Shown one piece after another: positions 57,793 to 64,000 of a stretch of DNA of 64,000 nt (positions are counted from its first letter, which is position 1; each line of letters opens with the position of its first letter). The position numbers and the translations under genes were made by a program. The notes beneath the pieces are model-generated. The model saw only the letters and a list, made by a program, of their open reading frames with translations. It made no database searches and was not told the DNA's origin. This DNA is from Candidatus Enterousia sp. (GTDB taxonomy: Bacteria > Pseudomonadota > Alphaproteobacteria > Rs-D84), in assembly GCA_045648945.1 (NCBI GenBank), contig JAZROX010000045.1, forward strand, positions 26,362 to 90,361. Reading direction: 5' to 3'.

Positions 57793-59994
57793 ATGTTTAA
57801 ATCGGGAACAATTGTAAAAGTTTTATTGCCAAACGTTGTAAATCGTGGTTACGATTATCGGTTGAATACGGATGCGGATTTGGGTGCCTTTGTTCGTGTT
57901 ACATTGATGAACCGCCCGTATATTGGTGTGATTTATGGCGTGGGTGATGGTGCGGTTGCGCCCGACAAGATTAAAGATGTGTCCATGGTTTTTCCGTGGA
58001 AACTTTCGGTTACCGATTTACAGTGGATTCAAAAAATGTCTGAATGGACATTGATGGCGCCGGGTGCGGTGCTGCGTTTGATTATAAATGTTCCAGATGC
58101 TTTTTCTGAACCCCGGGTCGAACAATTATATTCTTATAACTTTGATGCGCCGAAATCTAAAATGACTGAAAGTCGCCAAATGGTTTTGGACGCGTTCGAA
58201 TTAAACGATAACGAACCAATGTCGGGACCCGATATTCAATCTATTGCGCGCGTGGGGCCGTCGGTTGTAAAAACCATGATTGCACGCGGCATGCTTATCC
58301 CGACCTTGTCGCGCCCGATTGATAAATCATTTGCATATCAATACCACGATATGGGCAATATAGAACTAAACCCGGAACAACGCGCCGCCGCCGATAAAAT
58401 CGGCCACGATATAGAAAACGGTGGCTTTTCGGTGAACCTGGTTGACGGCATAACGGGCAGTGGTAAAACCCAGGTTTATTTTGATTCCGTATGGCGCGCG
58501 TACAGTGCGGGTAAATCTGTATTGTTGATGATGCCGGAAATTGCGCTGACCACCCAGTTTATAAAAAGATTCGAATCCCGTTTTGGTGCGCCACCCGTTG
58601 TATGGCACAGTAATTTAACCGCGGCGCGACGGCGCGATATATGGCGCGGTGTTATGCAGGGAAAAATCAAAATTGTTGTTGGTACGCGCAGCGCGCTGTT
58701 CCTGCCGTGGCAAGATTTGGGTTTGATTGTTGTTGATGAAGAGCATGATTCTTCATATAAACAGGAAGATATGGGAAATTACCATGGTCGCGATATGGCG
58801 ATTCTGCGTGCAAAGTTGGCGGGGTTCCCGGTGGTGTTGGCGTCCGCAACCCCGTCAGAAGAAACAATGCATAATATCGAAATAGGGCGCTATGGCCACT
58901 TGGTTTTGCGGTCGCGGTATGGTGGTGCCGAATTGCCAACAATCGAAACCATAGATATGCGTGAACATCGGCCCGACGAATATGATGTGAACGATGAAAA
59001 CGAAGATAAACGTGCCGGGGCGCTATCGCCAATATTATGTGATGCGATTAAAAACACGTTGGATAATCATCAACAGATTATGTTGTTTATAAATCGTCGC
59101 GGCTTTGCGCCAATTGTTCAGTGTAAAAAATGCGGTTGGGTTGCAACATGTGGCGATTGTTCGGTGGGCATGACATATCACAAAAGAATCGGAAAATTAT
59201 TGTGCCACATGTGTGGGCGCACTATGAGTATGCCGAATGCGTGCCCCGATTGCGGGGGGGCGATTTCTATGCGTGGTGCGGGATTGGAAAAGATAGAAGA
59301 AGAGGTTAAATCGCGTTTTCCAAACGCGCGCACCGCGATTGTATCCAGTGACACAATGATGTCGCGCGGCGCGTTGGAACGTCTGGTTGCAAAAATGGAA
59401 TCCGGCGAATTGGATATAATAATCGGAACACAAATCTTGGCCAAGGGACACCATTTTCCGCACCTTACTTTGGTTGGGGTCGTGGATGCCGACATGGGTT
59501 TGTTCGGGACGGATTTTCGCAGTCCCGAACACACATTTCAACAATTATTCCAGGTTGCCGGTCGCGCGGGTCGTGGTGCGATGCCGGGACGTGTTTTATT
59601 ACAGACATATCAACCGACGCATCCGGTGTTGACCGCAATATGTGCCGGAAATCGTGACGAATTTTTACGCACAGATATGGATGCGCGCCGGGCCGCAAAA
59701 ATGCCGCCGTTTGGGCAATTGATTGCGGTGATTGTCGAATGCAAAAAAGAATCGGTATTAAAAAATTTCTGTGATGATTTGGTGCGCGCAATGCCGAACG
59801 TAAATGGTGCACGAATAATGGGACCGGTTATGGCGCAAATATACGTAGCGCGGAATTGGTATCGTATGCGGTTTTTGATATCGGGTGATGCGCGTGCACA
59901 TTTGCAACCATTGGTAACATTGTGGTTGTCGCGCGTAAGCGTGCCCGCAAACGTCCGCGTCAAAATTGACGTTAACCCAATGAATTTTATGTAA
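57793..59994 (+). CDS. priA: Primosomal protein N' (replication restart helicase)
   Basis: Walker A GITGSGKTQVYF, DEEH box VVDEEHD, and Cys-rich Zn-binding region CKKCGW...CGDC...CHMCG...CPDCGG. Terminator at 60003-60032. Confidence 0.9.
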   Translation: MFKSGTIVKVLLPNVVNRGYDYRLNTDADLGAFVRVTLMNRPYIGVIYGVGDGAVAPDKIKDVSMVFPWKLSVTDLQWIQKMSEWTLMAPGAVLRLIINVPDAFSEPRVEQLYSYNFDAPKSKMTESRQMVLDAFELNDNEPMSGPDIQSIARVGPSVVKTMIARGMLIPTLSRPIDKSFAYQYHDMGNIELNPEQRAAADKIGHDIENGGFSVNLVDGITGSGKTQVYFDSVWRAYSAGKSVLLMMPEIALTTQFIKRFESRFGAPPVVWHSNLTAARRRDIWRGVMQGKIKIVVGTRSALFLPWQDLGLIVVDEEHDSSYKQEDMGNYHGRDMAILRAKLAGFPVVLASATPSEETMHNIEIGRYGHLVLRSRYGGAELPTIETIDMREHRPDEYDVNDENEDKRAGALSPILCDAIKNTLDNHQQIMLFINRRGFAPIVQCKKCGWVATCGDCSVGMTYHKRIGKLLCHMCGRTMSMPNACPDCGGAISMRGAGLEKIEEEVKSRFPNARTAIVSSDTMMSRGALERLVAKMESGELDIIIGTQILAKGHHFPHLTLVGVVDADMGLFGTDFRSPEHTFQQLFQVAGRAGRGAMPGRVLLQTYQPTHPVLTAICAGNRDEFLRTDMDARRAAKMPPFGQLIAVIVECKKESVLKNFCDDLVRAMPNVNGARIMGPVMAQIYVARNWYRMRFLISGDARAHLQPLVTLWLSRVSVPANVRVKIDVNPMNFM

Positions 59995-60106
59995 ATTGCG
60001 ATATCGATTCGTTTTTCGAATCGGTTTTTTTTGCCGATTCGGTGGCGATTTTGGCCTGGTTGACAAATATTTTATTATGAAAGCGCGCTAAGTCATTGAT
60101 ATTTCG

Positions 60107-60125
60107 TTTTTTTTTTTTTTTTTTT
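60107..60125. repeat. Homopolymeric T19 tract (followed by gT7) about 85 bp upstream of paralog-family gene C
   Basis: Read directly in sequence: 19 consecutive T. Confidence 0.9.
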
Positions 60126-60208
60126 GTTTTTTTGCCTTTGACTCGCCGCCGCGATTTTTTCTAAACTTTTAATCAGGGAATGAATAAGCAACAAAGGAGA
60201 AAAATCCC

Positions 60209-60619
60209 ATGAAGAAATCCAAAAATATAATAATTTGTGGCGCAATTGCATCTGTGTGCACGGTTGGTGCATTTGCCGAAAACGAAAACATCGTGACGTC
60301 CAAGGGATATGTGGACAGTGCGGTCGGCACAAAACAAAATACAATACCTGCGGCAGAAACAAACAGCGCCACCCCGGGGACCAGTGTAGTTATGTACACC
60401 GGCACGGCGGGAACAATTGGCGAACGCGCTATATACGACAGTACTACATATACATCCAATGATGCAAATAAATTGGTGACGGCGGCATCGTTAAATGGAA
60501 CGGTAAATAACATACCGACAATAACAACATCTAAATTGACATGTTCGAACAGCCCTGATTGTACACTGTGGGATTTGTCTGACCAGACAGTATTGGGGCA
60601 ACAGCAACAAGGGAATTAA
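60209..60619 (+). CDS. Secreted paralog-family protein C (N-module only, 136 aa)
   Basis: Signal peptide plus ENENIVTSKGYVDSAVGTKQNTIPA...YTGTAGTIGERAIYDS...KLTCSNSPDCTLWDL. Terminates right after the shared module. Confidence 0.55.
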   Translation: MKKSKNIIICGAIASVCTVGAFAENENIVTSKGYVDSAVGTKQNTIPAAETNSATPGTSVVMYTGTAGTIGERAIYDSTTYTSNDANKLVTAASLNGTVNNIPTITTSKLTCSNSPDCTLWDLSDQTVLGQQQQGN

Positions 60620-60630
60620 AATGCTGTGCC

Positions 60631-60885
60631 GTCATCCTGAACTTGGTTCAGGATCCCGTCGATGCCGCCTGATACACGTCATCCCGCCGAAGGGCGGGAC
60701 CCAGTGCGAACGAAGTGAGCACTTGCGTCGCAGACAGTACATGTGTGTCACGCGCATTGCGCGTTCCACATTTCCTGCGGAGCAGTCAACCTTTGCCTAA
60801 GGCTTCGGTTGATGGGTACCGCCCTTCGGCGGTATGACGGGACCGCGACGGAAATGAAGAGATCCTGAAACAAGTTCAGGATGAC
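60631..60885. mobile_element. 255-bp palindromic MITE-like element with 25-bp terminal inverted repeats GTCATCCTGAACTTGGTTCAGGATC / GATCCTGAAACAAGTTCAGGATGAC
   Basis: Nested internal inverted repeats cccgccgaagggcggg / ccgcccttcggcgg. Related fragments occur at about 54190-54235 and 28600-28660. Confidence 0.6.
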
Positions 60886-60934
60886 GTGCAAAAAAGGATG
60901 ACGAAAAAACAATAAACAAAAAAAGGAGAAAGAT

Positions 60935-61864
60935 ATGAAACGAATATTAGCGGGAACGGTGTTGATGGTGATGGCATTACCGTGCTATGGCGCGGGTGAA
61001 AACATACCAACATCGCGTGCGTATGTTGATTCTGCATTAAGCCTGAAACAGGCGAAGTTCCCTGCGGCGAATTCTGGTTTGGGTTCGGGAACCAGTGTTT
61101 TAACATATACCGCGACCAGTGGTACAATTGGTGAACGTGCATTATATACGGACGCGTCCAGTTACGATGCATCGAATGATGCAGATAAATTGATAACTGC
61201 GTCGGCATTAAACGGTGCGGTGACATCATTACAGACAGATACAACAACGAAATTGGTATGTGCGAACCCGGGGACATGCGACCTGTGGAATATTGTTGAC
61301 CAAACGGCCTATGCCGGCGGCAGCAGTTCCGGCGGTGGAACGACGTTGGAACAATGCGTTTTTAGTGGTTTATCGGATTATATGCCTGCACAAGAATATT
61401 ATCGTGACAGCACGTGTTCAAAATTGCTAAACGGTAATTCTGTTGGAAATAGCATTTGCAGTGCAGATGTATTCAATTCATTGTCATACGGTGAATGGGC
61501 GGTTCAATTGGTGGACAAAGAAACAGAAAATACAACCGTTTATGTGCAAGGGACCAGTACTTGTAGTAGCGTAGAGCCGTCCGCCGTGAGTCAGTGGGTG
61601 CTATCGTTCGATCAGAGTCAGCTTCAGCAAGATTATGCATTAAATCTATCCAATGCTCCAACATCCAGTCTAGTAGGTTCGTATTGTCATTGTAAAATTA
61701 CAAATGTGATTGGTACGGGGTGTACCGCACCGTGGGTTTCTTATGATTATGAAGCGTATTACTCAGCAGTCGATTGTGCCGGCAACTGTGCAAATGATTG
61801 TGCGTATCAAGTCTATAACAAGATTAACAACGGCGAAAGTTTGTCCCCGTATCAATATGACTAG
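60935..61864 (+). CDS. Secreted paralog-family protein D (N-module plus Cys-rich C-terminal domain)
   Basis: GENIPTSRAYVDSALSLKQAKFPA...YTATSGTIGERALYTD...KLVCANPGTCDLWNI. The C-terminal 200 aa are unique, with 12 Cys. 309 aa. Confidence 0.6.
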   Translation: MKRILAGTVLMVMALPCYGAGENIPTSRAYVDSALSLKQAKFPAANSGLGSGTSVLTYTATSGTIGERALYTDASSYDASNDADKLITASALNGAVTSLQTDTTTKLVCANPGTCDLWNIVDQTAYAGGSSSGGGTTLEQCVFSGLSDYMPAQEYYRDSTCSKLLNGNSVGNSICSADVFNSLSYGEWAVQLVDKETENTTVYVQGTSTCSSVEPSAVSQWVLSFDQSQLQQDYALNLSNAPTSSLVGSYCHCKITNVIGTGCTAPWVSYDYEAYYSAVDCAGNCANDCAYQVYNKINNGESLSPYQYD

Positions 61865-61926
61865 GAATAAAGAATGTTTATAACAGTAATATTACAAATC
61901 TAAAAAATCGCCGTTTGGCGATTTTT

Positions 61927-62886
61927 TTACACCACCTCGGTCACGGCGCGTAACGACCCATCGCGCGAAAGTTGTACAACACGAATCTTTTTCTTCATTT
62001 CTTCTATCAATTCGCCACGGTCATATGCCGGTTGAGTATGTAAAATGCGATCTGCAAATGCGGCATACGCGGCATCGGCACTTTCGGCATGAATCGTTGT
62101 ATAGAAATGTTCGTGACCCGTCCCCAGCATTTCCCACATAACCGCCGCATTATCCGTTGATATTTCACCGCCGATTATAACATCCGGCGTCATACGCACA
62201 ACCAAATCCAACAATCGTGCATAGTTAAATTCATTTGTCTGTTCGGTGCGCGACAGTACAAAGTGCACGCGGTTTTTTTGCGGAACGCGGACCTCGCGCG
62301 CGTCTTCAACCGTAATCACGCGACTGTTTTGGTCAATCAGTGTCAACATGTGATTAAGAAAAGTAGTTTTTCCGGTCGCGGTTGCACCACTTATAAGAAT
62401 GGGGCTGCCGTCGTTTATCGCGCTCATCAACCGGTCGTATGGATCGTCGGGACGATTCGTTTCGCGTGGTTTAACCTTCATCAATTTTTCCCCGCGTTTC
62501 AAATGATAGTTTTCAAAAGATGTGTCGGTCACGCCCTCGCCACGAATATTTAACGCCACGCCGCCCGTTACATCGCGTTCGTCATATTGAACATTTGGGC
62601 CGGCAATCGCACTGAACCGATGATTCCCCGGCAATGTTGCATAAACAACCGGCATTCCATGAATCGGGTCAAACGGCCGTTCATATATATTTGCGATGGT
62701 ATGAATCAAATCCACCAAGTATTGTTTGGTAAGTGTCGGCGCATCATACGCAACCCACGGCACGCGTGCACCATGCAGACGCATCCAAACCTCGCCTTCG
62801 TGGTTTATTGCGATTTCTTCCACAAAAGACGGTCGGTAAAATTCCGACAATGGTTTCAGTAAAGATTCCAGTACAACATTTGTCAT
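61927..62886 (-). CDS. VirB11/TrbB-family type IV secretion ATPase (orphan)
   Basis: Walker A GATATGKTT, VirB11-type His box, and GGEISTDNAAVMWEMLGTGH. 319 aa. Confidence 0.7.
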   Translation of the reverse strand: MTNVVLESLLKPLSEFYRPSFVEEIAINHEGEVWMRLHGARVPWVAYDAPTLTKQYLVDLIHTIANIYERPFDPIHGMPVVYATLPGNHRFSAIAGPNVQYDERDVTGGVALNIRGEGVTDTSFENYHLKRGEKLMKVKPRETNRPDDPYDRLMSAINDGSPILISGATATGKTTFLNHMLTLIDQNSRVITVEDAREVRVPQKNRVHFVLSRTEQTNEFNYARLLDLVVRMTPDVIIGGEISTDNAAVMWEMLGTGHEHFYTTIHAESADAAYAAFADRILHTQPAYDRGELIEEMKKKIRVVQLSRDGSLRAVTEVV

Positions 62887-62966
62887 CTATAAATTCATTT
62901 TATCATAAATCGGTGCTTGAATCAAAATTGTTTATTTGTTAGAATTAAAAAAAAGAGAGAAAGAAA

Positions 62967-63527
62967 ATGAAGAAAATATTTTTAACAATCTTTTGTTTAA
63001 CCTTGGCCCTGGCGGGGTGCAGCCACGATGACCGGCCGTACAATGCCGAAGATTTTGCAAACGGTGGTGATGACGCACCATATTATAATGAACGGACCAG
63101 TACGTTTATGCAGGCCGATAATGACTATGCCGGAATTGATTCTTATCGTCCAAAATCCGATTTAGAAAAGGAAGAAATAAATAAACGTTGGACAACTTCG
63201 CGTATGGAAACCCGTTGGCAGGAATACAAGGGAACGATGATTCGGGTTCAAATACTTTTGGGAAATACCGATTTGCGTGAAATGCGCCTGCGTTTGATAC
63301 AAAATGCCGATGGTATGGATATTGATGGCGATATTCGCACCGTTTTGGGCAAGGTTGCAGATTATGAAATGAAACGTGTGTGTGGCCGTAATGCCGATAG
63401 CATTGTTTTGGTTTATGATAAACCTTCGTTTGAAACAATGCGGCCATCACCGTTCTTTGATTATAGGATAGAGGCCGATGGCGCGACAATGCGCGAATAC
63501 GGTTTCCGTTGCGTTTACAACAAATAA
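62967..63527 (+). CDS. Hypothetical lipoprotein
   Basis: Lipobox LALAGC after the signal peptide. 186 aa. Confidence 0.5.
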   Translation: MKKIFLTIFCLTLALAGCSHDDRPYNAEDFANGGDDAPYYNERTSTFMQADNDYAGIDSYRPKSDLEKEEINKRWTTSRMETRWQEYKGTMIRVQILLGNTDLREMRLRLIQNADGMDIDGDIRTVLGKVADYEMKRVCGRNADSIVLVYDKPSFETMRPSPFFDYRIEADGATMREYGFRCVYNK

Positions 63528-63553
63528 AAAAAACTAACAAAAAAGGATGAAAA

Positions 63554-63886
63554 ATGAAAAAAATGCTTGGTGTGTTTGGTTTGTGTGGTGCGCTGGTTTG
63601 CGCGGGATGTGATGCGGGTGATGTAACCGCTCAAAACGGCGATACGGTCGTTATCAATTTTGCGGGTTACCTGAATGGTGTTCAATTCCCGGGTGGAACG
63701 GCGGAATCTTACCCGTTGGTTTTGGGCAGTGGCCAATTCGTTCCGGGCTTTGAAGAACAATTGGTTGGTGCGAAAAAGGGCGAAGAACGTGATGTTAATA
63801 TCACATTCCCGACACAATATGTTCCGGATTTGGCCGGCAAAGACGTTGTGTTCAAGGTCAAAGTTGTTGATATTCAAAAGAAATAA
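63554..63886 (+). CDS. FKBP-type peptidyl-prolyl cis-trans isomerase (lipoprotein)
   Basis: FKBP domain signature GDTVVINFAGYLNGVQF...GSGQFVPGFEEQLVGAKKGE. Lipobox LVCAGC. Terminator at 63907-63934. Confidence 0.75.
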   Translation: MKKMLGVFGLCGALVCAGCDAGDVTAQNGDTVVINFAGYLNGVQFPGGTAESYPLVLGSGQFVPGFEEQLVGAKKGEERDVNITFPTQYVPDLAGKDVVFKVKVVDIQKK

Positions 63887-64000
63887 TTTTGAATCGGTTT
63901 AATAAAAAACGTCGGATTTTTCCGACGTTTTTTATTATTTGCTTCTATCCAATTGGGTTTTATAACTGGATTTTTTTGCGTATTTTTCGGCAATAAGTTT

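Noticed and set aside
60876-61277. 133-aa minus-strand ORF
   Set aside because: Antisense to paralog D and starts inside the MITE-like element. Pro/Ser/His-rich low complexity.
1-64000. CRISPR array or cas genes
   Set aside because: No regularly spaced short direct repeats with unique spacers were seen. The repeats found are att-type, iteron-like, hexamer-array or MITE-like.

Overview
This 64-kb window looks like an alphaproteobacterial chromosome, probably an amoeba- or host-associated lineage. Supporting features are an olsB–olsA-like ornithine-lipid gene pair, an lptE–holA operon, parC, an ankyrin-repeat protein and an orphan VirB11-like ATPase. Housekeeping genes present: sod, ldh, a pta-family gene, proS, map, radC, nrdDG with NrdR boxes, trpS, gap, miaA, priA and tRNA-Ser. 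The ~48% GC backbone is interrupted by at least two visibly AT-rich, horizontally acquired segments.

(1) An ~8.7-kb defense island at 7261–15987. It is bounded by a 26-bp direct repeat, and the right copy lies inside a 3' tRNA fragment with a tRNA-Asn(GUU)-like anticodon loop. It carries a complete Gabija system (gajA OLD-family ATPase-TOPRIM plus gajB UvrD-like helicase) and a three-gene DpnII-type GATC restriction-modification cassette (Dam-like MTase, DpnA-like MTase, DpnII-family REase). It also carries three uncharacterised genes, iteron-like TGTATAA arrays, and arm-type repeats with a GGTGACATAC palindrome. No integrase is present.

(2) A tRNA-Ser(UGA)-anchored AT-rich region at about 33290–41650. 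It is delimited and subdivided by ~100–170-bp imperfect direct repeats that start in the last 6 nt of the tRNA. It encodes an uncharacterised gene set: a 706-aa radical-SAM–histidine-phosphatase fusion, an N-terminally truncated RlmN/Cfr-family radical SAM enzyme, two S51 (dipeptidase E/cyanophycinase-like) peptidases and several hypotheticals. This is the best candidate for an undescribed system.

Also notable is a four-member family of secreted proteins with a conserved ~100-aa N-terminal module and divergent C-terminal domains, at 31907, 54289, 60209 and 60935. One copy has a 19-T homopolymer in its promoter region. A 255-bp palindromic MITE-like element, with dispersed fragments, lies 3' of family members. 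Several palindromes and repeat motifs are likely regulatory.
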